DNA of 64,000 bases from an uncultured cyanobacterium (GTDB lineage Bacteria > Cyanobacteriota > Cyanobacteriia > Cyanobacteriales > CAWUOF01). The first letter of the stretch is position 1; every line of letters starts with the position of its first letter. A program made the translations under genes and the position numbers. The stretch spans positions 384,001 to 448,000 of the forward strand of contig CAVUSO010000001.1 in the NCBI GenBank assembly GCA_963744145.1. The letters are read 5' to 3'. Of the stretch, positions 33,779 through 44,995 are shown piece after piece. The notes beneath the pieces are model-generated. The model was not told where the DNA came from. It saw only the letters and a list, made by a program, of their open reading frames with translations, and did not search any database.

Positions 33779-33990
33779 ACATATTCTCGAATTAACTCTA
33801 ATCCATGCTACTATGCTCGCTCACCATTTGAGTATACATTACCTTTAACGACAGCAACAGTTGTAGCGGAAAACTCTTAGCCGGAACTTTCCCCCCCCAT
33901 CGCAAAAACTCGAAAGTATTACACCCCGCTGACGACAATGAGACAGGATAAGATAAATAAAAAGCGATCGCGATTAATGAGGGGAGAGAA

Positions 33991-34575
33991 ATGGTTACAG
34001 CCATAAAAGAGCAAAGTTTATTAAGAAAAGTGTTTACCGTAGAGGAATTTTATAAACTGAGTGAAGTGGGGATCATCAAAGCAGATGAGCGAGTAGAATT
34101 AATCGAAGGGGATATTATCGAAATGGCAGCAATTGGGACTCGTCATGCAGGTTGTGTAAATTTACTAGTTGATATTTTTACCGAACCACCAATTAAAAAA
34201 TCTGCTTTACTGCTAGTCCAAAATCCAATCTTATTAGATAATTATTCACAGCCTCAACCCGATATTGCCGTAGTCAAGCGAGACTCTATTTTCTGTGGAA
34301 CCAAGCACCCTCAACCTCAAGATATCTTCTTAGTTATTGAAGTTGCTGATACTACTCTAAAAGATGATCGTCGCAAAGCTTTGATTTATGGTTTAGCTGG
34401 TATTTACGAATATTGGATTGTTAATTTAGATGCTCAATTAATCGAAGTTTATCGTCACCCTACTGTTGATGGTTATCGCGATCGCCTATCTTTCAAATCG
34501 GCAGAAACTATTTCACCTTTAGCTTTTCCTGATTTAGTTATTGCGGTTGATGATATTTTGCCTAAAATCCTTTAA
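33991..34575 (+). CDS. Uma2 family protein (array copy B)
   Basis: Paralogue of 31215. Confidence 0.92.
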   Translation: MVTAIKEQSLLRKVFTVEEFYKLSEVGIIKADERVELIEGDIIEMAAIGTRHAGCVNLLVDIFTEPPIKKSALLLVQNPILLDNYSQPQPDIAVVKRDSIFCGTKHPQPQDIFLVIEVADTTLKDDRRKALIYGLAGIYEYWIVNLDAQLIEVYRHPTVDGYRDRLSFKSAETISPLAFPDLVIAVDDILPKIL

Positions 34576-34687
34576 TCGCGATGGCAATTAGAACTATACT
34601 GTATTGTTTTATAGTTTACACCCCGCCGAAGACAATGGGAAATGGTAAGATAAATAAAAAGCGATCGCGATTAATGAGGGGAGAGAA

Positions 34688-35272
34688 ATGGTTACAGCCA
34701 TAAAAGAGCAAAGTTTATTAAGAAAAGCGTTTACCGTAGAGGAATTTTATAAACTGAGTGAAGTGGGGATCATCAAAGCAGATGAGCGAGTAGAATTAAT
34801 TGAAGGGGATATTATCGAAATGGCAGCAATTGGGACTCGTCATGCAGGTTGTGTAAATTTTTTTAACGATATTTTTACGGAACCAAAAATTAAAAAAACT
34901 GCTTTGGTGTTAGTCCAAAACCCAATCTTATTAAATAATTATTCCCAGCCTCAACCCGATATTGCCATAGTTAGAAGAAAACCAGATTTTTATAAAGATG
35001 GACACCCCCAACCCCAAGAGATATTTTTAGTGATTGAAGTTTCAGACACTACATTAAAAGACGATCGAAAAAAAGTATTAATTTATGCTAAATCTGGTAT
35101 CTCCGAATATTGGATCGTGAATTTAGATGCTCAATTAATCGAAGTTTATCGTCACCCTACTGTTGATGGTTATCGCGATCGCCTATCTTTCAAATCGGCG
35201 GAAACTATTTCACCTTTAGCCTTTCCTGATTTAGTTATTGCGGTTGATGATATTTTGCCGAAAATTGTTTAA
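34688..35272 (+). CDS. Uma2 family protein (array copy C)
   Basis: Paralogue; 72-bp leader shared with copy B. Confidence 0.92.
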   Translation: MVTAIKEQSLLRKAFTVEEFYKLSEVGIIKADERVELIEGDIIEMAAIGTRHAGCVNFFNDIFTEPKIKKTALVLVQNPILLNNYSQPQPDIAIVRRKPDFYKDGHPQPQEIFLVIEVSDTTLKDDRKKVLIYAKSGISEYWIVNLDAQLIEVYRHPTVDGYRDRLSFKSAETISPLAFPDLVIAVDDILPKIV

Positions 35273-35716
35273 TCGCGATCGCCATCAGTTAATTTTAATC
35301 CCTAGACTATTGAGCCTGGAAATCTTCTCGTTATACAGCCTATTCCAGGTTTATGAAGTTCATCAAGGTGATCTGTGGGGCAGGGCGGGTTCATTAATAC
35401 CTCGACTGCGCTCGGCACAAGGGTTATTTGTGTGTGGCAAATTCAACGGTGAACCCGCCCCTACAGAGATTCACCAAAAAATCGATCAGGATTAGAGGAT
35501 GACAAGATTAACAGGATTTGTAGGGTTTGTGGAGATATTTGAGGATAAAAAATGACTACGGATTAGAGGATGACAAGATTAACAGGATTTGTAGGGGCAG
35601 GTGAATGAATTTATGATCACAATCAACCGGGATTTGTAGGGGCAGGTTCACCAATCAATTCTGCTCCAAACAGATAACTATCATAAACCTGCCCAACCAA
35701 CACAGATCACTCACAA
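35270..35716. repeat. Duplicated Uma2 trailer, copy 2 (with a 24-nt insertion and an internal duplication)
   Basis: Aligns with 31797-32147. Confidence 0.9.
35398..35421. mobile_element. 24-nt small dispersed repeat (SDR-like) insertion
   Basis: tacctcgactgcgctcggcacaag is present here and absent from the paralogous site near 31924. Confidence 0.75.
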
Positions 35717-35933
35717 TCTCTGACAGGCAAGATGCCTGTCCCACCATTCATGCCAAATCTTACTGTACTTCATCAACAGGTCATCCGCTGTATCCCAAGT
35801 AATCCTGGGATATTTTTTTGTGTAATCAAATAATTAACAATAAGTATAGAATAATACATTTAAAAACGCAGATGGCTGCGCTTTTGAGGGATGGGACATA
35901 GTAAAATATTGAGTGAGTAAAGAGGTCAAGGAT

Positions 35934-36515
35934 ATGGTTACAGCAATAAAAGAAAAAACCAGATCGAGAAAAGCATTTACAGTAGAAGAATTTTATCGCA
36001 TGGGTGAAGTGGGGATACTCAAAGCAGACGATCGAGTAGAATTAATTGAAGGGGACATAATTGAAATGGCAGCAATTGGGACTCGTCATGCAGGTTGTGT
36101 GAATTGGCTAACTAAGTTTTTTTCTAAAAATCTAGATGAACGTGCTTTAGTGACAGTTCAAAATCCAATCCTATTAAGCGAATACTCGCAGCCTCAACCC
36201 GATCTCACTATAGCCAGGATAGATCCTAATTGTTATAGAACCAAGCATCCCCAACCCCAAGATATATTCCTAATTATTGAAGTTTCGGAGACTACTATCA
36301 AAGACGATCGCGAAAAAGCTTTAATTTATGGTTTAGCTGGTATTTCTGAATATTGGATCGTTAATTTAGATACTCAATTAATCGAAGTTTATCGTCATCC
36401 TAATGTTGATGGTTATCGCGATCGCCTATTATTGATGAGATTAGGTGAATCTATTTCTCCTTTGGCCTTTCCTGACCTGATTATCTCTGTTGCTGATATT
36501 TTGCCCCCATGCTGA
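35934..36515 (+). CDS. Uma2 family protein (array copy D)
   Basis: Paralogue; ATG 35934 matches the paralogue starts. Confidence 0.92.
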   Translation: MVTAIKEKTRSRKAFTVEEFYRMGEVGILKADDRVELIEGDIIEMAAIGTRHAGCVNWLTKFFSKNLDERALVTVQNPILLSEYSQPQPDLTIARIDPNCYRTKHPQPQDIFLIIEVSETTIKDDREKALIYGLAGISEYWIVNLDTQLIEVYRHPNVDGYRDRLLLMRLGESISPLAFPDLIISVADILPPC

Positions 36516-38356
36516 AAAATCCAGACTATCAAGTAAAATCCTATCCAAAATTAGCCAAAAACGCTCCTCCACTTCAGCGTCTAATCAATTATGGACATAA
36601 ATATCGCCGTCAAATGTGGCTAGCGACTATTTGTTCAACTTTAAATAAATTCTTTGATTTAGCACCACCAGTTTTAATTGGAATTGCTGTCGATGTGATT
36701 GTGCATAGTCAAGATTCGATCATCGCGAATTGGGGTGTAAAAGATCCCTTCGGGCAATTTGTCATTTTGGGAATTGCCACAGTCATCATTTGGGTCTTAG
36801 AGTCAGCTTTTGAATATGCTTATGCTGTACTGTGGCGCAATTTAGCCCAGACCATTCAGCATGAGCTACGTCTCGATGCTTATAGTCATTTACAAAACTT
36901 AGAACTTGCTTATTTTGAAGAACGTAGCACCGGTGGGTTAATGTCTATTTTAAGTGATGATATTAACCAACTCGAACGATTTTTAGATACTGGTGCTAAT
37001 GAGGTAATTCAAGTTACAGCCACTGTACTTCTCATCGGTGGTGCTTTCTTTATTTTAGCACCAAGTGTAGCAGGGATGGCTATGTCACCCATGCCATTTA
37101 TTATCTGGGGATCGGTAATTTTTCAAAGGTTACTTGCTCCTCGTTATGCCGATGTACGAGAAAAAGTAGGATTATTAAATGGACAACTGGCAAATAATTT
37201 AACCGGTATAACCACAATTAAAAGTTTTACCGCTGAAGAATATGAAATTAAGCGGATTAAAAGAGAAAGTGAAGCTTATCGTCAAAGTAATCGTCGCGCG
37301 ATCGCCCTATCCTCAGCCTTTGTCCCATTAATTCGGATGTTAATTTTAGTCGGGTTCATCGTTTTATTATCCTACGGAGGCATGGAAGCGATCGCGGGTA
37401 AACTATCAGTTGGTACTTATAGCGTGTTAGTATTTCTAATTCAACGCTTATTATGGCCTTTAACTAGATTAGGAGAAACTTTTGACCAATATCAACGGGC
37501 CATGGCATCAACTAATAGGGTCATGAATTTATTAGATACACCGATTGATATTCATTCAGGGAATATTCCTTTACCACTGAGTTCAGTTCAGGGTGAAGTG
37601 ATCCTCAAAAATGTGACATTTGCTTATCAAAATCGCCATCCAGTCATTAAAAACCTATCTTTACATATTCCCGCTGGGAAAACCATTGCGATCGTTGGTT
37701 CTACTGGTTCGGGTAAAAGTACCTTAGTAAAATTATTATTGCGTCTCTATGAAATTAATGAGGGAAAAATTACCTTAGATGGGATTGATTTGCAACAAAT
37801 TCGACTGCAAGATTTACGTCAAGCAATCGGGTTAGTGAGTCAAGATGTATTCTTATTTCATGGGACAGTAGCCGAAAATATTGCTTATGGGACTTTTAAT
37901 GCGACAGAAACTGATATCATCAGAGCAGCAAAAATTGCCGAAGCTGACGATTTTATTAGGCAATTGCCCCAGCAGTATGAGACAATCGTAGGAGAAAGGG
38001 GACAAAAACTATCAGGAGGACAACGACAACGAATTGCGATCGCCAGGGTAATCTTAAAAAATCCGCCGATTTTAATCCTCGACGAAGCAACTTCAGCCGT
38101 AGATAATGAGACAGAAGCTGCGATTCAAAAATCCCTAGAACGCATCACAGTCAATCGGACAACGATCGCGATCGCCCATCGTCTTTCCACCGTTAGAAAT
38201 GCGGCTCAGATTTATGTGATGGAACAAGGTAAATTAGTAGAACAAGGGCGACATGAAGAGCTGTTAGAACAACAGGGTATTTATGCTAGCTTTTGGCGAG
38301 TACAATCTGGCTTAAGATTAGGACAATTAGGAAACACAGACAATGATGATGTTTAA
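36509..38356 (+). CDS. ABC exporter, fused permease/ATP-binding protein
   Basis: N-terminal TM domain; [33 protein letters not shown]. Confidence 0.93.
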   Translation: MLKNPDYQVKSYPKLAKNAPPLQRLINYGHKYRRQMWLATICSTLNKFFDLAPPVLIGIAVDVIVHSQDSIIANWGVKDPFGQFVILGIATVIIWVLESAFEYAYAVLWRNLAQTIQHELRLDAYSHLQNLELAYFEERSTGGLMSILSDDINQLERFLDTGANEVIQVTATVLLIGGAFFILAPSVAGMAMSPMPFIIWGSVIFQRLLAPRYADVREKVGLLNGQLANNLTGITTIKSFTAEEYEIKRIKRESEAYRQSNRRAIALSSAFVPLIRMLILVGFIVLLSYGGMEAIAGKLSVGTYSVLVFLIQRLLWPLTRLGETFDQYQRAMASTNRVMNLLDTPIDIHSGNIPLPLSSVQGEVILKNVTFAYQNRHPVIKNLSLHIPAGKTIAIVGSTGSGKSTLVKLLLRLYEINEGKITLDGIDLQQIRLQDLRQAIGLVSQDVFLFHGTVAENIAYGTFNATETDIIRAAKIAEADDFIRQLPQQYETIVGERGQKLSGGQRQRIAIARVILKNPPILILDEATSAVDNETEAAIQKSLERITVNRTTIAIAHRLSTVRNAAQIYVMEQGKLVEQGRHEELLEQQGIYASFWRVQSGLRLGQLGNTDNDDV

Positions 38357-38774
38357 TCAACCCCAACCACAGCATGGTGAAAATAAGTGGCGCTCTCAAT
38401 TAGATCAATTTGTCAAAGAAAACCAAAAAGAATTAGCGGCGCTAGCTTGGGGTTTATTTCTAGAAAAGGGAGAAAATAATGATACATTAGGAATAGATTT
38501 GCAACCGACTCCTAGATTTGTTTCTTGTCCCCGGACAGCGATCGAAACTCTCAATACGAATGTAAAACAACATATTCAGGAAATCTTAGGAGTTTTAGAT
38601 GCTTACAATCCGGAGCAGGAAGTTGTCATGATTGGGATTGGTAAAGGACAAATTAAATTAATCCAATTTCAACCAGAGCCACCTCCACCTAAATGTTTCG
38701 CAGAAATTGGTAATAATGTTGATGTTTTATTAGAACAACTTGAACAAAGATTAATCGACATAATGCAGGAATAA
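38343..38774 (+). CDS. ccmS: Conserved cyanobacterial protein, probably beta-carboxysome assembly chaperone CcmS
   Basis: [23 protein letters not shown]...GIDLQPTP...[13 protein letters not shown] matches my recollection of the family; unverified. Confidence 0.55.
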   Translation: MMMFNQPQPQHGENKWRSQLDQFVKENQKELAALAWGLFLEKGENNDTLGIDLQPTPRFVSCPRTAIETLNTNVKQHIQEILGVLDAYNPEQEVVMIGIGKGQIKLIQFQPEPPPPKCFAEIGNNVDVLLEQLEQRLIDIMQE

Positions 38775-38857
38775 ATCAAGTATTTCCGCTCCTGAAAGCA
38801 GCGGAATTATCCTACAACCATGACTACAGAGCGATCGCTAAATCATTTTGCTTGCTT

Positions 38858-38893
38858 GTAGTAAGCGCTTTAGCTCGCTAAAGCGCTTACTAC
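38858..38893. repeat. GTAG-type REP palindrome
   Basis: gtagtaagcgctttagc-tc-gctaaagcgcttactac perfect inverted repeat. Confidence 0.8.
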
Positions 38894-38964
38894 GAACCTG
38901 ATTTTTCATTCCTAATTATATCAAAGAATTAGGAGCTATAAACAGTTTACCATGAAGCAGCAAA

Positions 38965-39333
38965 TTAAGATTGATCAAACTCGAGCAAAGCCGAGAGAAG
39001 TTCTTGTTCTTCCGTCATCGCTTTCCGAATACGTGCAATCATCGAAGAAGCGGTATTTTTATTAACTTCAATTTCTTTCGCAAGTTGACGCACACTAATA
39101 TTTTGAGTTGAAGTCATCACCAGATTAATTGCTCGTACCCATTTGGGAATTTCTACATGAGTTTTGTGAAATAGCGTTCCCACAGTAACGCTATAGGAAG
39201 TAAAACATCCATTACAATGATAACGAGATTCATTTTTTATCGGTGTAGCATTAGTTGAATCACAGTAAGGACATTGTGGTTTGTTACCCCAGCGAATTTG
39301 TTCCAAATATGAACTGTTTTTTTGATTTTGCAT
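38965..39333 (-). CDS. IS1595-type Zn-ribbon + HTH protein lacking the DDE domain
   Basis: RWGNKPQCPYC...YHCNGC...SVTVGTLFHKTH...ISVRQLAKEIEVNKNTA...RIR; ends at 122 aa. Confidence 0.8.
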   Translation of the reverse strand: MQNQKNSSYLEQIRWGNKPQCPYCDSTNATPIKNESRYHCNGCFTSYSVTVGTLFHKTHVEIPKWVRAINLVMTSTQNISVRQLAKEIEVNKNTASSMIARIRKAMTEEQELLSALLEFDQS

Positions 39334-39621
39334 TGAAAAAACTCGACTCTGTTTACTAAATCTCTAACCAGATGTCAAAGAGCCAACAAAATCCCTGATC
39401 AGGGAATCAAAAGCTAAAATGTCAGGTTTTTAGCTCCATCCCTATCTATTGAAAAAAACCCCCAGGAAATTTTTTTTTCAATAATTAGAGATTAATTAGA
39501 GATTTGCGTAGCAGATATATGGTTTGGCTGTGATCAGCTGCAAGTCCCCAAATCGAAATCAAGACAGGTATATCCTTTTTACTAGTCGGTGACCCAATAA
39601 ACTAATTCAGATCTACGAACC

Positions 39622-39736
39622 AGGACTTACACAACACCGCTATAAATTGCGTTTTTTGTTGGGACAATTTCTAGATTGACCCTACAGATAGTGTTTATAC
39701 CGAAGTTCTAGAAAGGAATTAAAGGCTTAAGTTCGG
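39622..39736. mobile_element. Degenerate MITE-like remnant
   Basis: Starts aggacttacaca, ends cttaagttcg, with an internal ccctac REP-like arm. Confidence 0.35.
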
Positions 39737-39769
39737 GATTTTCATTTATGGGTCGTTGATCACGAAATA

Positions 39770-39810
39770 TATAACATACATAACACATATTATGTTGTTT
39801 GTATGTTATA
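39770..39810. promoter_or_regulatory. Candidate operator: 11-bp perfect inverted repeat
   Basis: TATAACATACA-N19-TGTATGTTATA in the divergent intergenic region. Confidence 0.6.
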
Positions 39811-40034
39811 AAGGTAAAATATCAACTTGAGGGATGTCAATATAGAGCAGGAGGTTGATTTGATAAAGAAATATTAAGGATGCTGGCCAATTTTTAGTCC
39901 TAGGGACATTTTGTGCTATGGATACGCTGGGTGATAGTAGTACCCAGAAAAACATCAGGGTGGATCAAGAAAACCGACATTGACCTTAGCCCCAGCTATT
40001 TTTAAACCTTACCCAGCTGAGAAAGAGGGATAAA

Positions 40035-41162
40035 GTGATATCAGAAGAAAAAAAGCAAAGGTTATCCGAGCTACTTAAGTACATTCGTGGTAACGATGGA
40101 GTGAAAAAATTTGCGGCTCGTTTAGAGATTAAACTTCCCACTTATAGTGCTTGGGAAACAGCGAGAGCTTTTCCTAGTGATGAAATTTGGGAGATAATTT
40201 TACCCAAATTGTGCGAATTATCTAGCTTTACTCCAGAGATCATCGATCGCTATCTACGCGGAGATTACGAACTAACTGATTTAATTGAAGGATCAGCTCA
40301 AACTGGTTTACTACCTAGAGCTAGACCACTGATGACTATTGCCAAGTTTAGAGCTTGGTTACAAACCCTTTCTTTAACTCAATTAATCCAGATTTTAAAA
40401 GATGCAGTGGATCGAGCTGGATTTTTAGTATCGCAACAGGAGGATAGTGAAAAAATCCTCAATTTACCAACAGTAGATGAATCGAAAAGATCAACTGATC
40501 ATCCGAAAAAAAATCTATTTGGCAAAAATAGTCAAATAAATTTAATATCTACTCGCAGTAAAGAACCAGCCAAGTTGCAAGTAGACCTACTTGATCAAGA
40601 AGCGGTAGTTAGCATTATTTTCCAGTTGAGCAATAACTTATCTCTGGAAAAGATAGCGCAGGTAGATAACCGACTCCGTAACCTAATGTTTTCAAAGTTA
40701 CAGGATCTTGGTTTACTGGAAATGAGCAAATATCAACATCATCCTTTTTACATTTTAATGGAAACCTATAGGATGAATAACAATCTCAGTTACGAACAAT
40801 TTGCCGAACGTCTGATGAGAGAAGGTCTAGAAGCTGGTTTAGATCCTCAACGAATAGCAAAGATTGTGCGAGGTGATTATTTGCCCAATGATCTAGAACT
40901 AATTTGGATTGGCGTTTTTATTCGGAAATCGGATGGAAGTCTTTACAATCACGATGAATTAGTTGCTTTGCGAGATATGACATTTTCGGCTGATTCAGAA
41001 AAATTACCACTAGAGACATCTGTCGAAAATCATGCTACTCATATTTTATCAGACCATGAGGATACAGACAATGACCAGTTTCGGAATTTTGACCACAATA
41101 GCGTAGATGATGAAACTATTCTCAATGAACACAACCGTAATTTTAAACGAAATGGAAAATAG
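40035..41162 (+). CDS. Protein with two XRE-like HTH domains
   Basis: IRGNDGVKKFAARLEIKLPTYSAWETARAFPS and YRMNNNLSYEQFAERL...IAKIVRGDYLPN; acidic tail. Confidence 0.65.
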   Translation: MISEEKKQRLSELLKYIRGNDGVKKFAARLEIKLPTYSAWETARAFPSDEIWEIILPKLCELSSFTPEIIDRYLRGDYELTDLIEGSAQTGLLPRARPLMTIAKFRAWLQTLSLTQLIQILKDAVDRAGFLVSQQEDSEKILNLPTVDESKRSTDHPKKNLFGKNSQINLISTRSKEPAKLQVDLLDQEAVVSIIFQLSNNLSLEKIAQVDNRLRNLMFSKLQDLGLLEMSKYQHHPFYILMETYRMNNNLSYEQFAERLMREGLEAGLDPQRIAKIVRGDYLPNDLELIWIGVFIRKSDGSLYNHDELVALRDMTFSADSEKLPLETSVENHATHILSDHEDTDNDQFRNFDHNSVDDETILNEHNRNFKRNGK

Positions 41163-41179
41163 TCAAGTAGAGGAATAAA

Positions 41180-41965
41180 ATGTGGAATTATCAGGGTGAT
41201 AATGGTGAAGAATTGCAATTGGAAAAAGAGTTTCAGAGGAGTTCAAATGCTTTAACGACTGCTGTATTTTATCAATTTATTCCGGCTGAAACTAAAAAGA
41301 TTTTAGCTGATGTGAAAATTCAATTAATTACTGATGCGAAAATTCTGCGTTTTGATTGTCCATCGCGAAGAATAGCAGCTCGTTTGTTTAAAATGTCTAA
41401 TCTGATTTCTTTTGCGGTTTATGGTTTAAAGGAAAATTTGCAACTTAACTTTATTCCCAAATTGGAAATTCTCTGTACAGGACAGCAGTTTATCCCTAGA
41501 TTAAACCCGGAGAAATTAGTAATGGATAGTCTGACAGCAGAAAATCAGGAAAAAGTACCTGGAACGAATCTGGTGATCGCTGAGTTAGATTTGGATTTGA
41601 ATGAACTGTATCAAAATCCCAATCCAATTTATATTACCCAAATGTCAGACCAAAAAGTTTTATTTGCTAATCGAGCTGCATTGATATCGAATAATCGAGC
41701 TGCGGGAGAAATGGTTGGGAAAGAAATTGTGGCTCTTTGGGATGATGATATTCTGCAAGAATTGATGAATCGGTTAGAACGCGATCGCGAACTTTGGCAA
41801 TATAATTATCCCGGTTATCGCTGGGCAAAAGGAGAAAATTCTCGGATTTGGCAACGCGATCGCTATATGTTTTCAGCTAATTACAAATTGGTTGATTTTT
41901 TAGGTTCAATGTGCCGCTATTGTATTATTACATCAGCGGAAAAAATGCCACTTCAACCTGTCTAA
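41180..41965 (+). CDS. Protein with a C-terminal PAS-like domain
   Basis: NPIYITQMSDQKVLFANRAA...EMVGKEIVALW resembles the PAS core. Confidence 0.6.
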   Translation: MWNYQGDNGEELQLEKEFQRSSNALTTAVFYQFIPAETKKILADVKIQLITDAKILRFDCPSRRIAARLFKMSNLISFAVYGLKENLQLNFIPKLEILCTGQQFIPRLNPEKLVMDSLTAENQEKVPGTNLVIAELDLDLNELYQNPNPIYITQMSDQKVLFANRAALISNNRAAGEMVGKEIVALWDDDILQELMNRLERDRELWQYNYPGYRWAKGENSRIWQRDRYMFSANYKLVDFLGSMCRYCIITSAEKMPLQPV

Positions 41966-43518
41966 CAATCATCACAAGATGGCTCTAGAAGCAATATTTT
42001 GTGGAGTGCAGGTAATAAATATTGTGTCAGGGTCAAAGCATCTACACCTAATTCGGTTCGTTCCTGTGCTGCTAATCTACCTGCTTGAGCGTGCCACCAC
42101 GCGGCAATTGGGACCATGATTTCTCTAGCAGTTTGGGTAATCAATCCTGCTAATAGTCCAGTCAGTGCATCCCCACTACCACCACGCGCTAAAGCTGGGG
42201 TACTGGTGGGAATAATCCAGACTGAACCAGTGGGATTAGCGATCGCAGTTCTAGCTCCTTTTAACAAAATGATCGCTCCACTTTGTTGAGCAGCACTTTT
42301 GACTGCATCGATGCGATCTTTGGTCAAAATATCTAATTCGGGAAATAAACGTTGGAATTCACCAGCATGGGGAGTCAAAATGGTAGTCCCTTGGCGATCG
42401 CGCAGGGCAGAAATTAGGTGAAAGTTAGCTAAAATATTTAAAGCATCGGCATCTAAAACTAAAGTCCGATCGCTGGCTAAAATAATTTTTACCACTGGTG
42501 CTGCGGCTAAAGTGAGTCCCGGACCACAACCGATCGCGTGATAAGCATTAAGGTCAAGATTTGCTGGTAACTGGGCGATCGCTCCAGTTTCAGTTTCGGT
42601 ACAGCCAATAATCAGTGCTTCTGGTACTTGTGTCACTAATAAAGATTTAAGTGATTCGGGTACAGCAATGGATAACATTCCGACTCCACTAGCTCTTGCT
42701 CCGAGAGCAGTAATAATTGCAGCTCCCAGATAGCGACGGGAACCACAAATCAGCAATAAATGCCCCATTTTATATTTGTGGGTAACAGGGGGACGAGTTA
42801 GAGGAAGATGGGCGATCGCGGTAGCTGTCGTTACACGCTGAATCATCGGTGGATGACCGACTACAGCCCAAATATCTGCAAGGGGTAAATCAAAATCGAT
42901 CAGTTCAGCAGTTCCTATATAAGCTAATGCTTGGTCTTGTAATAATCCCAGTTTCCATAAACCTAAACAAAATGTTCTTGTAGCACAAATAGCTGTACCT
43001 AATACCTCTCCTGTATCAGCGTGCAAACCAGAAGGTAAATCAATACTAAAAATGGGTTTACCAGATTGATTGACTTGATTGATCACAGCCGCAATTGGGT
43101 CAGCGATCGGTCTTTCTAGTCCAAAGCCAAACAATCCATCAATAATTAGATCAGATTTTTCTAAACAATGTTCAATACATTCTGTAAACACAATACCTAA
43201 ACTTTTCGCATAAGCTGCATGAGTTGAGGTTAACTCTTTTAACTTGGGGAAAGGACAATAGATCGAGGCGATCGCACCTCGAAAATATAGCTCACGAGCA
43301 ATCACCAACGCATCGCCCCCATTGTGACCTGGCCCAACTAAAATCCCTACTCGTAACCCAGGAACTGGATAAAGGGTCTGAATTCGACGCACCATTAACC
43401 CTGCAACCTTTTCCATTAAAGCCGCAACGGGCATTCCTGCTGCAAATACTCGCGCTTCAATTGCTTGCATTTGCTTAGTAGTTACTACAATTTGCTGAAT
43501 TTGGGTTTGTCTGTCCAT
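41962..43518 (-). CDS. nnr: Bifunctional NAD(P)HX epimerase/dehydratase
   Basis: LMEKVA, GPGHNGGDA, IIDGLFGFG, DLPSG, HKY, DADAL, LTPHAGEF, ARGGSGD. Confidence 0.93.
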   Translation of the reverse strand: MDRQTQIQQIVVTTKQMQAIEARVFAAGMPVAALMEKVAGLMVRRIQTLYPVPGLRVGILVGPGHNGGDALVIARELYFRGAIASIYCPFPKLKELTSTHAAYAKSLGIVFTECIEHCLEKSDLIIDGLFGFGLERPIADPIAAVINQVNQSGKPIFSIDLPSGLHADTGEVLGTAICATRTFCLGLWKLGLLQDQALAYIGTAELIDFDLPLADIWAVVGHPPMIQRVTTATAIAHLPLTRPPVTHKYKMGHLLLICGSRRYLGAAIITALGARASGVGMLSIAVPESLKSLLVTQVPEALIIGCTETETGAIAQLPANLDLNAYHAIGCGPGLTLAAAPVVKIILASDRTLVLDADALNILANFHLISALRDRQGTTILTPHAGEFQRLFPELDILTKDRIDAVKSAAQQSGAIILLKGARTAIANPTGSVWIIPTSTPALARGGSGDALTGLLAGLITQTAREIMVPIAAWWHAQAGRLAAQERTELGVDALTLTQYLLPALHKILLLEPSCDDC

Positions 43519-43540
43519 AAGTATCTCTGAGTGGTCAAAA

Positions 43541-43666
43541 TTGATATCTGGTAAAAGTCATATTGATTAATTTATTGGACAGACAAGATGTCTGTCCCAC
43601 AAGAATCTTTTTTTTGGTTGTGGGACAGGCATCTTGCCTGTCCTAGTTATTTTTGCCAGAGGTCTA
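43541..43666. mobile_element. MITE with two internal REP palindromes
   Basis: aaaagtcat...ggacagacaagatgtctgtcccac...gtgggacaggcatcttgcctgtcc...gccagaggtcta; second copy at 53152. Confidence 0.75.
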
Positions 43667-43769
43667 ATCTAGAAATAAATGTTAATTTGTAAGAAGCGGA
43701 GTAATATCGTTGTCGTCCAGTAAATCTCTTGGCCATTAGTTAAAATTAGCTGGTCATTTTCCCATTATT

Positions 43770-44834
43770 ATGAACAAAATCGTCGTCGGACTCTCCGGTG
43801 GAGTTGATAGCTCTGTCGCTGCTGCAACTCTACATCATCAAGGATATGAAGTAGTTGGACTTACCCTGTGGCTCATGAAGGGTAAAGGACAGTGCTGTTC
43901 GGAGGGAATGGTTGACGCTGCTTATATTTGCGAACAATTAGGTATTCCTCATCATATCGTTGATATTCGTGATCTGTTCGAGAAAAACATTATTGATTAC
44001 CTAGTAACAGGGTATGGTGCGGGAATTACTCCCTTACCCTGTTCTCAATGTAATCGCACCGTCAAATTTGGTCCAATGCTAGATTGGGCTAAAGAAAAAT
44101 TAGGAATTGAGCAGATTGCTACTGGTCACTATGCCAGAATTACCTATAATGCCCAAAGCGATCGCTATCAATTAAGACGAGCAGTTGATCTGAATAAAGA
44201 TCAATCTTATTTTTTGTATGACCTCACCCAAGATTTATTAGCTGGGTCTGTTTTTCCATTGGGGGATATTCCTAAAACCGAAACCCGGAAAATAGCAGCT
44301 AATTTTAATTTAAAAACTGCTGATAAACCAGAAAGTCAGGATTTATGTTTAGTAGAAGCTAATGGTTCAATGCAAGCTTTTTTAGATAAGTATCTGGCTC
44401 CCAAAACAGGAGATATTGTTGATCAACAAGGTCGCATATTAGGACAACATGAAGGTATTCACCATTACACTATTGGTCAACGGAAAGGATTGGGAATAGC
44501 AGCAGCAAATCCACTCTATGTAATTGGTTTAGATGTCGTCAATAATCGAGTGATAGTGGGCGATCGGGATAGTGGTTCCCAACCGACTTGTACAGTGAAA
44601 CGAGTTAACTGGGTTTCAATTCCAGAACCAGTCAATCCAATTTCAGCTCAAGCACAAATTCGTTATCGTAGTTCTCCCATCCCAGTCACAATTATTCCCC
44701 TTCCTGATCATCGGGTGCAAATAGCTTTCGATGAACCTCAGTTTGCAATTACTCCTGGACAAGCAGCAGTTTGGTACGATGGAGATGTACTACTTGGTGG
44801 TGGAATTATTGAACAGAATCATGATAGTTTATGA
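43770..44834 (+). CDS. mnmA: tRNA 2-thiouridylase
   Basis: [49 protein letters not shown]. Confidence 0.96.
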   Translation: MNKIVVGLSGGVDSSVAAATLHHQGYEVVGLTLWLMKGKGQCCSEGMVDAAYICEQLGIPHHIVDIRDLFEKNIIDYLVTGYGAGITPLPCSQCNRTVKFGPMLDWAKEKLGIEQIATGHYARITYNAQSDRYQLRRAVDLNKDQSYFLYDLTQDLLAGSVFPLGDIPKTETRKIAANFNLKTADKPESQDLCLVEANGSMQAFLDKYLAPKTGDIVDQQGRILGQHEGIHHYTIGQRKGLGIAAANPLYVIGLDVVNNRVIVGDRDSGSQPTCTVKRVNWVSIPEPVNPISAQAQIRYRSSPIPVTIIPLPDHRVQIAFDEPQFAITPGQAAVWYDGDVLLGGGIIEQNHDSL

Positions 44835-44995
44835 TCCTTTTATAGGAGGTAATTATCGAATGGAGATCCCGCTAGTATTGTGATGTTCGCTAAGTTTAAT
44901 TAGCTTATATTACAACAATTATTTTGATTAGTTTTTTTTCATATCTCGCCCATTAAACTATTAAAATACTTGAATCATTCTCCCAGAGACTTGCT

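Noticed and set aside
31765..35495. Duplicated 77/85-aa ORFs after Uma2 copies A and C
   Set aside because: They overlap the Uma2 stop and run through REP repeats; similarity is explained by DNA duplication
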